A stretch of 64,000 nucleotides of DNA from Candidatus Paralachnospira caecorum (GTDB lineage: Bacteria; Bacillota; Clostridia; Lachnospirales; Lachnospiraceae): assembly GCA_904379015.1 (NCBI GenBank), contig CAJFHG010000012.1:40-64039 (forward strand), in the 5' to 3' direction. This document shows, in pieces, positions 43,824 through 54,117 of the stretch (position 1 is its first letter; each line of letters opens with the position of its first letter). The translations under genes were made by a program, and so were the position numbers. The notes beneath the pieces were generated by a model. That model was not told where the DNA came from. It ran no database searches and was given only the letters and a program-made list of their open reading frames with translations.

Positions 43824-44537
43824 ATGGCCAGATCGACAAATCAGAAACTGAAGATTTTGTATATTATCCGGCTGCTTGCCGGAACGGATGAGGCCCATGT
43901 GGCGACCATGGCAGATATTCTGGAGGAGCTGAAAAGCCGCGGGATCTCGGCGGAGAGAAAAAGCATCTATGATGATATCGCCGCGCTCCGCTCCTTTGGG
44001 CTGGATATCGTGAACCGGCGGGAACGCCCGGCCGGATATTATCTGAGAGACAAGGCGAGTCTGTCTGCTGTCGGAATGGCGCCTGCGGCGGAGGACAGTG
44101 AAAGGAGCGGTCCGGCCGGAGAAACGGAATCCGCCGGTGAGGAGGGCGCGGCTGGAGGAAGCAGCCCGGCGGAAGCTGATCAGGATCATCATGGAACCGG
44201 AGGACCGGAAGAAACAGGGGAGCATGGAACCCCGGGAGAAACCGGAATAACCCTTCCGTTTCTCACAGGGAAGACGAAGGTGGAGCTGTCCTGCAGAGAA
44301 GAAGTGGCGGACAGGATCCTGCACCAGCTGGAGGGCAACGCGTCCGTCAGAGGCAAGGGCGGAAAAAAGAACAGTCCGGAAGCAGTATCTCTGAAATGTA
44401 AAGTAGAGCCGGACGAAACATTCTACGGCTGGCTGGCAGGATTTGGCTGCCAGGTAAAGATTCAGGCTCCTTCGCAGGTGATCCGGGAGTACCGCAGATA
44501 CCTGAAGGAAATCAGGAACATGTACAAAGATGAGTAG
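43824..44537 (+). CDS. WYL-family-like transcriptional regulator: wHTH plus WCX, central WYL region replaced by low complexity sequence
   Basis: QKLKILYI...TDEAH...AERKSIYDDI..L..FG.DI N-terminus; FYGWLAGFG..VKIQAP C-terminus; ~75 aa A/E/G-rich middle. Confidence 0.65.
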   Translation: MARSTNQKLKILYIIRLLAGTDEAHVATMADILEELKSRGISAERKSIYDDIAALRSFGLDIVNRRERPAGYYLRDKASLSAVGMAPAAEDSERSGPAGETESAGEEGAAGGSSPAEADQDHHGTGGPEETGEHGTPGETGITLPFLTGKTKVELSCREEVADRILHQLEGNASVRGKGGKKNSPEAVSLKCKVEPDETFYGWLAGFGCQVKIQAPSQVIREYRRYLKEIRNMYKDE

Positions 44538-44657
44538 GCAGAATAAGAAAAGCAGCAGAGAGGCAGATCAGGACGGCAGCCCCGGAAGGGGCTGCCGTTT
44601 AAGGATGAATTCAGTATATCAGAATACCGCCAGCCTGTCCAGGCAGAAAATCCAGGC

Positions 44658-45434
44658 TCAGGGCTCAGCCAGGATCAGTTCAATGCCCATTTCCCGGATA
44701 CCCGTTTTGTATTCCTGGGACAGATTGGTGTCTGATACGATGGTGCTGACCTGATCCAGAGGATAGCCGATGGAAAAGGCATTGGTGCCGAATTTTTCGC
44801 TCTGTGCCACCAGTATGGTCTGGTTGGCATGTTTCATCATAGCTTCCCGGATGCCGAAATCATCGATTCCATAATCTGACACGCCGAACTCAAAGGTAAT
44901 TCCGCCGGCGCCAATTACTGTTTTGTCAACGAATACGCTTCGTATTGTTTTCAGCGCCATGTCACCATACATATTTTTTTCGTTTGTATCCAGCTTTCCG
45001 CCCAGAACATAGATGTCAAAGTTGGTATCACTCAGCTCGTTGATCACAGCCAGGGAATTGGTCAGTACTGTCAGATAATGCAGCCGCTTCAGATGGCGGG
45101 CAACCTGCAGTACAGTGGTCCCGGCTGCCAGGAGAATGGTTTCGCCGTCATGGATCAGATCTGCCGCCGCTTTGCCGATGGCTGTCCGTTCGGCCAGTCC
45201 GCGGCTTCCGTCTTCGGTGCGGGGAATGGTGTAATCGGTCTTTCCGGGGGGTTTGACCAGGACTGCGCCCCCATAAATGCGTTTTACCAGATTCTTGTCC
45301 TGGAGCGTTTCCAGATCCCGTCTGGCGGTTTCATTGGATACGCCGAATTTGGATACAATATCGGTCATTTTGATAATGCCGCCGCTTTGTTTCAGCATTT
45401 CGATTATAATATCCTGCCGTTCTTGAGCCAACAT
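44658..45434 (-). CDS. DeoR/GlpR-family transcriptional regulator
   Basis: MLAQERQDII...FGVSNETARRDLETL...IYGGA...IGKAAA.LI.DGETI...VLTNSL. Confidence 0.92.
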   Translation of the reverse strand: MLAQERQDIIIEMLKQSGGIIKMTDIVSKFGVSNETARRDLETLQDKNLVKRIYGGAVLVKPPGKTDYTIPRTEDGSRGLAERTAIGKAAADLIHDGETILLAAGTTVLQVARHLKRLHYLTVLTNSLAVINELSDTNFDIYVLGGKLDTNEKNMYGDMALKTIRSVFVDKTVIGAGGITFEFGVSDYGIDDFGIREAMMKHANQTILVAQSEKFGTNAFSIGYPLDQVSTIVSDTNLSQEYKTGIREMGIELILAEP

Positions 45435-45586
45435 TCTGTTTGCCCTCCTGTTCCATATCTAAAAAAATTATAAGGGATTCCGAAATAAAAAGCAAGTTGG
45501 CAAAATAAATTTGAAGGAAAATGAGGAGAAATACAACTTCTTACAGGAAGAAACACACAAAAAACAAAACAAAAACCAAATAAAGG

Positions 45587-45615
45587 TTGACAAAATATGA
45601 AAATAAAATTATGAT
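45587..45615 (+). promoter_or_regulatory. Distal sigma70 promoter of the catabolic operon
   Basis: TTGACA, 17-bp spacer, TATGAT. Confidence 0.6.
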
Positions 45616-45772
45616 AAATACAATGAAAATCAAATAAAAGCGCTGGAAAAATCAGGGGATACAGTGCAGAAGCCAAAATCAAAGGAGATAAGTCCAAAAT
45701 AAAATGCTTATCTCCTTCTTTTTTTGGCGATAAGGGAAGAGAATTTTCTTCTATCTGATTTGTTATCTGGAA

Positions 45773-45875
45773 ATGTGGATGAACGAGTGAAAAACCACAT
45801 AATATTGAATCAAAACCACATTTAAATGTTGACATATACACATAAAACTGATATGATATCACTATCATTCCACAT
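45773..45875 (+). promoter_or_regulatory. Proximal promoter with repeated CCACAT boxes (candidate DeoR operator)
   Basis: TTGACA (45829-34), 17-bp spacer, TG-TATGAT (45852-57). AAAACCACAT at 45791 and 45812 (21-bp period); CCACAT at 45870; inverted ATGTGG at 45773. Confidence 0.6.
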
Positions 45876-45915
45876 TATTTGGGAAGAAATACAAAAAGGA
45901 TGGAGGTTGTTACAC

Positions 45916-47007
45916 ATGAGCGCAACAAAACTGTTTTCCCCCGGGCCGGTTATGGTGAAGGACAATGTCCGCAGATCGCTCCTGCACTATGATATTTGTC
46001 ACAGGAGCGGCGAATTTGAAGAGATGTTTGTTGATACACAGAAAAAAATCCTGAAACTTTTTAATGCGGATGATTCTTATTACAGTGTGATTGTATCCGG
46101 TTCCGGAACAGCGGCCAATGAAACAGTATTATCTTCTGTTTTTCGGGAAGGCGAAGGTGTGATGCTGATCCGGAACGGCATGTTCGGTGAGCGGCTTCTT
46201 GAGATTATTCATAAATACAACATTCCCCTTGTGGATTGCCCCTTTGACTGGGCGGAATATCCTGACCTGAAGATCATTGAACAGAAAATAGCGGAAAACC
46301 CGCGGATTAAAGTGGTGGCCATGGTATTTCATGAGACCTGTACCGGCATGATCAATCCGGTGGGGGAGGTCGGAGCGCTCTGCCGGAAATATGGAAAGCT
46401 TCTGTCGGTGGACTGCGTATCTGCCGCGGGAGGACAGAACATCGACGTGGTATCCAATCATATTGATATCGCCACTTCTGTGGGCGGCAAATGTGTGGGC
46501 GCATTTCCGGGGTCTGCATATGTATGCGCCAGAAAAGATCTGCTGGAAGGTCTGACGGCGGATCAGTGCAGAAATGTATATCTGAGCCTGTACAAACATT
46601 ATCAGAGTGCGGTCACGACTCATCAGACTCCCAATACGCCGAATGTTAATTTGTTCTGGCCGCTGAACCAGGCTTTGACCAATATTCTGGAGGATGAAAC
46701 ACTGGAGGGACGGATTTCCAGATATGAGCGCTGTGCCTCCATTATCCGCGAAGGAGTTGTGAAGCTGGGATGCCGCCTGCTTCTGGATGAACATATGTCG
46801 AGCACGGTGACAAGTGTGTTTCTGCCTGAGCATGTGGAAGTGCATCAGTTCCTGAAGGATATGGAGGACAGGGGATACACCTTCTATATCGGAAAGGGAG
46901 ATTATGCGAAGCAGGGGATGATCCAGATCGCCAATATGGGAGAGATCTATGAGCAGGACTGCCGCAATATGCTGGAGGTTTTCGGGCTTGTACTCAATCA
47001 GGATTGA
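45916..47007 (+). CDS. Class V PLP aminotransferase (PhnW/2-aminoethylphosphonate transaminase-like)
   Basis: LFSPGPV...DICHR...SGSGTAANE...HETCTG.INP...VDCVS...GGKC (PLP Lys)...TPNTP. Confidence 0.8.
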   Translation: MSATKLFSPGPVMVKDNVRRSLLHYDICHRSGEFEEMFVDTQKKILKLFNADDSYYSVIVSGSGTAANETVLSSVFREGEGVMLIRNGMFGERLLEIIHKYNIPLVDCPFDWAEYPDLKIIEQKIAENPRIKVVAMVFHETCTGMINPVGEVGALCRKYGKLLSVDCVSAAGGQNIDVVSNHIDIATSVGGKCVGAFPGSAYVCARKDLLEGLTADQCRNVYLSLYKHYQSAVTTHQTPNTPNVNLFWPLNQALTNILEDETLEGRISRYERCASIIREGVVKLGCRLLLDEHMSSTVTSVFLPEHVEVHQFLKDMEDRGYTFYIGKGDYAKQGMIQIANMGEIYEQDCRNMLEVFGLVLNQD

Positions 47008-47065
47008 TGGCGGTGAGCCATGATCATAGCAATGGCAGTGATGACTGAAAAAGGAGGTAGAGCGT

Positions 47066-48634
47066 ATGAAAAGAAAACTGGCGCTGATGTTGGTGCTGAT
47101 GATGCTGGTGACACTGTTTGGCGGGTGCGGAGGAAATGAGGAATCTGATGACGGCACTCAGGCCAGCCAGGGGGCAGAAGGGGGAGGTTCGGATTCTGAT
47201 ACACTGGTGATTCTTTCGTCAGGCGCCTTTCAGGGAGCCTGGGATCCCACAGGAAATACGATTCTTTCCAACAAACATCTGGAATGGAATGTGTTTGACC
47301 GGGCGATCCACAAGGATGCGGACGGGAATTATATTCCCGGCGTGTGCGAGAGCTGGGAGTATCAGGAGGACGGTTATACACTGCGTCTGAAGGTGAGAGA
47401 AGGCGTGAAATTCCATGACGGCAGCGATCTGACGGCAGAAGATGTGGCGGCGACCGTTGAGTGGACGACCCGTCCGGAATCAGCAAGAGTAAGCGACTGG
47501 GGATGTCAGTTCCAGGCAAATGTGATTGACGAGTATACCGTTGATATCTGGCCGGAAACAGAAACACCGGTGGCCAATCTGATCGATATGCTTGCGGCGG
47601 ACGCGATTCTGTCGGCGGATGACATTGAAAACGGCACACTGGATACAACCATGAACGGATGCGGCCCTTATAAATTCGTAAAATATGAAAATGAATGCTG
47701 CTATCTGGAAGCATTTGAGGATTACTGGGATACGGAAAACGCGGCTAAGATGCAGTACTGTGAATACCGGTATGTGTCGGAGCCGGCCACCCGTCTCGCG
47801 GCGCTGCAGACAGGAGAAGCGCATCTGATCGAACGTGTGGATATTGAACAGGTTGCTCAGATCGAAGCGGACGATTCCATTGATTATACAACGGTAGATG
47901 TGGACGAGCAGAAATATATGATCTTCAAATGTACTCAGGACGTGATGCAGGAAGAACTGGTTCGTCAGGCTATCAGCTATGCCATCGACCGGGAGACCAT
48001 TGTCAATGACATTATGGGAGGATATGCGGTTCTGGCAGATTCCTATGTGTCTCATGTGAACAATATGTATGCTCCTGCGGAGGGTATGCCGACCTATGAT
48101 CCGGAACGGGCGGCCGAGCTTCTGGCGGAAGCCGGTTATCCGGGCGGTGAAGGCCTGCCGACGATCACTTATGTCACATCGACAGGGTTCTATCCGAAAA
48201 CAAGAGAGTATGCGGAATACATCGTTTCCAATTTAAATGATATCGGCATTGATGTGGAGCTGACAGTGATGGAATCAGCAGCCTGGGAGACAGCGCTGTA
48301 TGAAGAAGATTCCTGCATGATGATTGACACTGGCTGGATGAATGTGGGCGGCGATGCCAATTTCATTCTCGGTTCTCATTACAGAAGCCCGGGACGGTGC
48401 AATTTCTCCAGCTATCCTGAGATTGACGCGGTTCTTGACAAAGAAAGCTCGCTGACAGATCCGGCAGAACGGCTGGAATGCATTCAGAATGAACTGTATC
48501 CGCTTCTGGTGGAAACCAATACCAATATGCCGCTGTTTGATTCTGTGCTGATCTATGGATATGTGAACAATCTGGAAGGACTGGAGATTCTTTCCACTTC
48601 CAATATTAATTTCGCGCAGCTGTCTTTGAACTGA
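47066..48634 (+). CDS. Opp/Dpp-family ABC substrate-binding lipoprotein
   Basis: Lipobox FGGC; LKVREGVKFHDG.DLTAEDV; GCGPYK; VRQAISYAIDRE. Confidence 0.9.
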   Translation: MKRKLALMLVLMMLVTLFGGCGGNEESDDGTQASQGAEGGGSDSDTLVILSSGAFQGAWDPTGNTILSNKHLEWNVFDRAIHKDADGNYIPGVCESWEYQEDGYTLRLKVREGVKFHDGSDLTAEDVAATVEWTTRPESARVSDWGCQFQANVIDEYTVDIWPETETPVANLIDMLAADAILSADDIENGTLDTTMNGCGPYKFVKYENECCYLEAFEDYWDTENAAKMQYCEYRYVSEPATRLAALQTGEAHLIERVDIEQVAQIEADDSIDYTTVDVDEQKYMIFKCTQDVMQEELVRQAISYAIDRETIVNDIMGGYAVLADSYVSHVNNMYAPAEGMPTYDPERAAELLAEAGYPGGEGLPTITYVTSTGFYPKTREYAEYIVSNLNDIGIDVELTVMESAAWETALYEEDSCMMIDTGWMNVGGDANFILGSHYRSPGRCNFSSYPEIDAVLDKESSLTDPAERLECIQNELYPLLVETNTNMPLFDSVLIYGYVNNLEGLEILSTSNINFAQLSLN

Positions 48635-48768
48635 TCACTTGATCAACCTGAATGGCATTATGATTGCCCGGTATATGCCTGTACCGGGCAATTTGCTAAA
48701 ACAGGGGAAGTTTTTTGCAGGTTCCCGGAGTCTTCCGGGCAATCTTAACAGAAAGGAAGTCAGAGCCT

Positions 48769-49698
48769 ATGCTCACAACGATTATAAAGCGGCTTTTGCA
48801 GGGACTTCTGGTTATCGTGATTGTGATGGTCGTGACCTTTGTTCTGCTCAGGCTGATTCCAGGCGATCCGGCCCGGACCATGGCGGGCAGTGCCGGACAG
48901 GAAGTCATTGATTCCATACGTGAGGAAATGGGGCTGAATGATCCCATTCCCATACAGTTTGTAAACTACATAAAAAATATTTTCAGGGGAGATCTCGGAT
49001 ACTCTTATTTCAACAGATCTGATGTGGCAAGCGTGATCGCCGGATCTTATAAAGCAACTCTGGTGATGTTCGCGCTGGCGCTCCCGTCGGCTATTATATT
49101 GGGACTGATACTGGGGATATTGGCAGCCGTATTTCAAAATAAATGGCCGGATAAGCTGATCAGCTCTCTTTCAGTCCTGTTTCAGTCGATGCCCAATTAC
49201 TGGGTCGCGATCATGCTGATCCAGATCGTTTCGGTACGGTTTAATCTCCTTCCCTCCACCGGATATTCCGGGGTCAAAAGCGCCATTCTGCCGGCGATCG
49301 TGCTGGGACTTCCTGTAACAGGAACGTTCGCGCGGAATGTGAGGGTCAATATGCTGGGCAGTATGCAGCAGAATTTCGCGAAGGCGGCCAGGGCCAGAGG
49401 CGTTCCCCGGTTTAAGGTGCTGATCGGGTATTCTTTCCGGAATATTCTGGTGCCTTTTCTGACCCTTGTCGGTTCTCAGCTGGGATTTATGGTAGGAAAC
49501 TGTCTGCTGATTGAAAATATTTTCGGATATCCGGGAATCGGACTTCAGACACTGAATGCGATCCTGCGCAGAGACTATTATCTGGTACAGGGACTGGTGG
49601 TTATGTTTTCCATTATTTTCATATTGATCAATACCCTGATCGACATTTCCTATCTGTATCTGGATCCCCGTATCCGCAAAGCACAGGGAGGGTTGTGA
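48769..49698 (+). CDS. Opp/Dpp ABC permease (B-type)
   Basis: RLIPGDPA...GDLGYS...AKAARARG...IENIFGYPGIG. Confidence 0.9.
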   Translation: MLTTIIKRLLQGLLVIVIVMVVTFVLLRLIPGDPARTMAGSAGQEVIDSIREEMGLNDPIPIQFVNYIKNIFRGDLGYSYFNRSDVASVIAGSYKATLVMFALALPSAIILGLILGILAAVFQNKWPDKLISSLSVLFQSMPNYWVAIMLIQIVSVRFNLLPSTGYSGVKSAILPAIVLGLPVTGTFARNVRVNMLGSMQQNFAKAARARGVPRFKVLIGYSFRNILVPFLTLVGSQLGFMVGNCLLIENIFGYPGIGLQTLNAILRRDYYLVQGLVVMFSIIFILINTLIDISYLYLDPRIRKAQGGL

Positions 49699-49699
49699 T

Positions 49700-50551
49700 A
49701 TGGCAGAAAAAATGAAACGGTTCGGAAAATTCTGCAGAAAAAATCCGTCTTTTGCGATCGGATTGGTCATTATGGTGATCATTCTGATCCTCGCTGTTTT
49801 CGCGGAATGGATCGCGCCCAATGATCCCTATCTGAATAATCCCAAGATCAGTTTAATGAAGCCGTTTACGGACTGGCAGTATCCTCTGGGTACAGATTAT
49901 ATCGGAAGGTGCCTGCTGTCCCGCATGATCTATGGGATCCGCACTTCCATGATCATCTGCCTGACGGCGGTGGCGGGCGCGGTGCTCCTGGGAGTAGGAG
50001 TGGGTATCATATCCGGCATGTCCTGTCCGGGAAAGACAGACAGCGTGCTGATGCGGATCGTAGATGTGCAGATGGGATATCCCTTTATTGTTCTTGTGAT
50101 TATTCTGATCTCCCTGTTTGGACAGTCGATTCCCAGTCTGGCGCTGGTGCTGGCACTGTCATTCTGGGCTCCTTATGCCAGAAACATCAGAGGGTCTGTC
50201 ATGATCCAGAAGGATGCCGATTACATTGCGGCAGCCAGACTGATGGGAGCGGGAAAAGGGAGGATTGCCACAAAGTATATCGGACGGGAAGTGATTCCGG
50301 GAATCATTCCTGTGGTGCCGATGGATCTTTCCAGTGCGATCATCATTGAATCGCTGCTCAGCTATATGGGACTGGGGGTCCAGCCACCGATCATCTCTCT
50401 GGGAAGCGTCATGGGCGACGGAAAAAATTATATTTCGACCAACTGGTGGATCACGGCAATGCCCGGATTTCTGATCGTTATTATGACAATCGCGCTGACA
50501 CTGATGGGAGATGTGCTGCACAGACAGTTCGATCCCAAGCTGAGGAACTGA
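49700..50551 (+). CDS. Opp/Dpp ABC permease (C-type)
   Basis: PLGTDYIGRCLLSR...YIAAARLMGA...ESLLSYMGLG. Confidence 0.9.
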   Translation: MAEKMKRFGKFCRKNPSFAIGLVIMVIILILAVFAEWIAPNDPYLNNPKISLMKPFTDWQYPLGTDYIGRCLLSRMIYGIRTSMIICLTAVAGAVLLGVGVGIISGMSCPGKTDSVLMRIVDVQMGYPFIVLVIILISLFGQSIPSLALVLALSFWAPYARNIRGSVMIQKDADYIAAARLMGAGKGRIATKYIGREVIPGIIPVVPMDLSSAIIIESLLSYMGLGVQPPIISLGSVMGDGKNYISTNWWITAMPGFLIVIMTIALTLMGDVLHRQFDPKLRN

Positions 50552-50567
50552 CGGAGGGAGGCATATT

Positions 50568-51602
50568 ATGGAGAAACTCAATCGTGCCGCGGAAGAGGAA
50601 ATGCTTCTGGAGGTGAGAGATCTGCACACTTATTTCCATATGCCTGGGGGTACAGTCATAAAGGCAGTGGAAGGTGTGAATTTTACCCTGAAAAAGGGGA
50701 AGGTCCTGGGGATCATCGGAGAGTCCGGTTCAGGAAAAAGTGTTACCTCCCGCGCGATCATGCAGATCGTGGACAAGCCGGGAAAGATCGAGAGCGGAGA
50801 GGTGATCTTCAAAGGAGAGGATCTGCTGAAGAAGAGCGGAAAAGAGATGGAGGCGCTGCGGGGATCCCAGATTTCTCTGATCTTTCAGGATCCGAATACT
50901 TCATTTAATCCTTATATGACCATCGGAAAACAGCTGGAGCAGGCTTTCCGTGTCCACAATAAAAAAGCCGGAAAGGAAGAGTGCCGTCAGGCGGTAAAAG
51001 ACGCGCTGAAGCTGGTGGGTCTGAACAACTGGGAGGAAATCATAAAATGCTATCCCTGTCAGTTTTCGGCCGGCTTCCGGCAGAGGATTTTCATTGCCAT
51101 GGCGATGATCTTCAAGCCGGATCTTCTGATCGCGGATGAACCGACGACCAGCCTGGGCATTACCATTCAGGCGGAAATCATTCAGGCGCTGGATGAGATC
51201 CGGAAACAGGTGGGCAATTCTGTGATCATCATTACCCATGATTTTGGTGTGGTATCCCAGTTCGCCGATGATATTTTTGTCATGTACGCGGGCAGATGCG
51301 TGGAATATTCGCCGAAAAAGGCGCTTCTGATCGAGCCGCGCCATCCGTATACGGTGGGGCTTCTGCGGTCCGTACCGCTCCTGGAAGCAAGAAAGACAAA
51401 AAGGCTGAAATCCATTCCGAGTTTTCCTCCGGATATGGCGAATCCGCCGGAGGGATGTCCTTTTGCGGAACGGTGTGAATGGGCGCAGGAAAAATGTTTC
51501 AGGGAGGCTCCGGAACTCCGCTCTGTGGGAGATGGGCGTCTGGCGGCCTGCCATTATCCGCTGATGGATTACAAGACGGCTGATGACACGCGTTTGGAAT
51601 GA
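50568..51602 (+). CDS. Opp/Dpp ABC ATPase (D-type)
   Basis: GESGSGKS, FSAGFRQR, LIADEPTT, C-terminal GCPFAERC. Confidence 0.9.
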   Translation: MEKLNRAAEEEMLLEVRDLHTYFHMPGGTVIKAVEGVNFTLKKGKVLGIIGESGSGKSVTSRAIMQIVDKPGKIESGEVIFKGEDLLKKSGKEMEALRGSQISLIFQDPNTSFNPYMTIGKQLEQAFRVHNKKAGKEECRQAVKDALKLVGLNNWEEIIKCYPCQFSAGFRQRIFIAMAMIFKPDLLIADEPTTSLGITIQAEIIQALDEIRKQVGNSVIIITHDFGVVSQFADDIFVMYAGRCVEYSPKKALLIEPRHPYTVGLLRSVPLLEARKTKRLKSIPSFPPDMANPPEGCPFAERCEWAQEKCFREAPELRSVGDGRLAACHYPLMDYKTADDTRLE

Positions 51603-51613
51603 GGTGAATAATC

Positions 51614-52606
51614 ATGGCAGAACCAATTCTTAAAGTTGTGAATCTGAAAAAGCATTATCCGATCCGCCGGGGAATGTTCAACAAACAGGTTGGAAACCGG
51701 CTGGTAGTGGATGGCGTGGACATTCAGATCAATCCCGGAGAGACGGTTGCGCTGGTGGGAGAGTCCGGATGCGGGAAAACAGTTCTTCTGCGGGTGCTCC
51801 TTGGCATTGAAGAGGCCACAGAAGGGGAGATCTATTATTATGGAAAGGATATCACAAAGCTCAGCAAACAGGAAAAGAAAGAGATGCGCAAAAAGGTCCA
51901 GATGATCTTTCAGGATTCCATGTCCGCGCTTCATCCCAGATTTTCCATCATGGAGTCGCTGGCGGAACCGCTGATCCTGAACGGTATGAAGGATAAGGAA
52001 CAGATTGAGAAAATTGTCGTGGAAACTCTGGAGAAAGTGGGGCTGGACGCGAAATACCGGTTCAGAAATCCGGAATCCCTGAGCGGCGGTCAAAGGCAGC
52101 GGGTGGTGATCGCGAGGGCCCTGGTGGAACGGCCGGAGCTGATCCTGGCTGACGAACCCATTTCTGCTCTGGATGTGTCTCTGCAGGCCCAGGTGCTGAA
52201 TCTTTTAATGGATCTGCGGGATGAGTATAAACTGTCCATGCTTTTTGTGGCTCATGATCTGGCTGTGGTGCGCCAGATCGCAGATTATATCGTGATCATG
52301 TACGCGGGACATACGCTGGAGGCAGCGCCGGCGGCGGAAATTTACAGCAATGCCTGCCATCCTTATACGCAGGTGCTTCTGGAATCGGCCCCCAGTATTT
52401 CAAAGGGAATCCGGGATGAAGAATTCCGTCTGAACCTGAAAATCGGAGACACGCCGGATCCGGCTCATCTTCCTTCCGGGTGCGTATTCCATACCCGCTG
52501 TGTTTATGCCGATGAAAACTGCTGCAGGAAGGTGCCGGAGCGGCACAAAATTTCACCGGGGCATTATGCCTGCTGCGACAAATATATGGAAATAGGAAGG
52601 TCATAA
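51614..52606 (+). CDS. Opp/Dpp ABC ATPase (F-type)
   Basis: GESGCGKT, LSGGQRQR, LADEPISALD, HPYTQ..GCVFHTRC. Confidence 0.9.
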   Translation: MAEPILKVVNLKKHYPIRRGMFNKQVGNRLVVDGVDIQINPGETVALVGESGCGKTVLLRVLLGIEEATEGEIYYYGKDITKLSKQEKKEMRKKVQMIFQDSMSALHPRFSIMESLAEPLILNGMKDKEQIEKIVVETLEKVGLDAKYRFRNPESLSGGQRQRVVIARALVERPELILADEPISALDVSLQAQVLNLLMDLRDEYKLSMLFVAHDLAVVRQIADYIVIMYAGHTLEAAPAAEIYSNACHPYTQVLLESAPSISKGIRDEEFRLNLKIGDTPDPAHLPSGCVFHTRCVYADENCCRKVPERHKISPGHYACCDKYMEIGRS

Positions 52607-52633
52607 GCAGAGCCGCAAAAGGAGGTGGGAAGT

Positions 52634-54097
52634 GTGAGAAGGGAATATGTGATCGCCTACGACCTTGGGACAAGCGGAGTAAAGGCAGTTCTGACGGATC
52701 TGAAAGGACATTTCATTGACGCGGCTACGGAAGAGTATTCGCTGGTCACGCCGAAGGCCGGATGGGCAGAGCAGGATCCGGAAGTCTACTGGCGGCAGGT
52801 GGGAAAGGTAACCAGGAAGGTGCTGGAGAAGTCGGGGTACCGGCCGGAGGATGCCTGCGGAATCGCTTTCGGGACACAGTGGAAAGGGATCATTCCGGTC
52901 GATGCGGATGGAACGGTTCTGCATCACAGCATAATCTGGCTGGACGCCAGAGCAGGGAAACAGGCGGAAGCTCTGAACCGATACTTCGGGAAAGAACTCT
53001 TCTGCGCGGCGGATTACTGGCCGAAGGTCATGTGGTTCAGAGAAAACTGCCCCGATCTTTATGAAAGGGCAGTGACGATTTTTGAGGCCAATTCGTTTCT
53101 CAAATGGAAAGCGACGGGGAAAGCGGCTGTGGATGTGACCAATCATTTTACCCGTTCCTTTGATCAGGAATTACAGAGGTTTTATGACGCGTATCTGGAG
53201 GCGGCGGGACTGGACGCGGAAAAATTTCCTCCGCTGGTGAAGCCTGAAGATCTGGTGGGGCATGTTACGGAGAGGGCGGCCCGTGAAATGGGGCTGGTGC
53301 CGGGGATTCCTGTATTTGGCGGATGCGGAGATATTCCGGCTATCACGATCGGATCGGGAAGCACAGACCTTGGGCAGATGCATGCTTATTTTGGATCATC
53401 GGGGTGGCTGGGCCTGGTAAAACGGCATTCGTCAGAAGATCTTTATATTTCGCCTTTTGATGAGAAGCGGGATATTGCCCTGTTTGCCATGCAGTCGATC
53501 GGTCTGTCTCTCAACTGGACAGTGAGCCAGATGTATCGCAGAGAACAGGAGGAAATGGGCGGAGAGGTATTTTCTTATTTGAATCAGGAGCTTCTGCAGA
53601 TCCCGCCGGGAAGTGAAGGGGTTCTGGCAACGCCCTGGTTTTTCGGAGAAAGACCGCCTCATTTATCACCGTCTGCCCGGGGAAATTTTCTGAATTTGAA
53701 CTCCTGCCATGACCGCAGGCATATGGTGCGGGCACTGATGGAGGGAGTCTGCTATACGCTGCGGATGAATGTAGAGGATTACTGGAAGGAATCAGGCACG
53801 CGGCCGGACCGTATCCACGCGGTGGGAGGCGGTTCCCTCAGCGACGTATGGATGCAGGCGCTGGCAGATATTCTGGATATTCCTGTCAGCGTGCCGGGGA
53901 GTCCGCGCCATGCCGGAGCCATCGGGACTGCTTACTGCGCGCTGATCGGGCTGGGATGCTGTGAGAACTTCAGGGAGGCTGCAGGGCAGATTGAGATCGA
54001 GCGGAGTTTTGAACCGCGTCCGGGAGCGGTAAAAATTTATCATGACGCATATCAAGTGTTCAGCGGCTTGTATGAGCTTTTGGAGCCGCTTTATTAA
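52634..54097 (+). CDS. FGGY-family carbohydrate kinase (xylulokinase-like)
   Basis: IAYDLGTSGVKAV, WAEQDP, IIWLDAR, GSSGW, EGV.Y, VGGGS.SDVW.Q. Confidence 0.88.
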   Translation: MRREYVIAYDLGTSGVKAVLTDLKGHFIDAATEEYSLVTPKAGWAEQDPEVYWRQVGKVTRKVLEKSGYRPEDACGIAFGTQWKGIIPVDADGTVLHHSIIWLDARAGKQAEALNRYFGKELFCAADYWPKVMWFRENCPDLYERAVTIFEANSFLKWKATGKAAVDVTNHFTRSFDQELQRFYDAYLEAAGLDAEKFPPLVKPEDLVGHVTERAAREMGLVPGIPVFGGCGDIPAITIGSGSTDLGQMHAYFGSSGWLGLVKRHSSEDLYISPFDEKRDIALFAMQSIGLSLNWTVSQMYRREQEEMGGEVFSYLNQELLQIPPGSEGVLATPWFFGERPPHLSPSARGNFLNLNSCHDRRHMVRALMEGVCYTLRMNVEDYWKESGTRPDRIHAVGGGSLSDVWMQALADILDIPVSVPGSPRHAGAIGTAYCALIGLGCCENFREAAGQIEIERSFEPRPGAVKIYHDAYQVFSGLYELLEPLY

Positions 54098-54117
54098 AAG
54101 TCAGGGGGTATAAAGCA

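Noticed and set aside
45916-47007. Aminoethylphosphonate utilisation (phnW) operon
   Set aside because: No phnX, phnA/Y or phosphonate-type ABC transporter nearby; the neighbours point to a sugar/peptide substrate, so no gene symbol was assigned.
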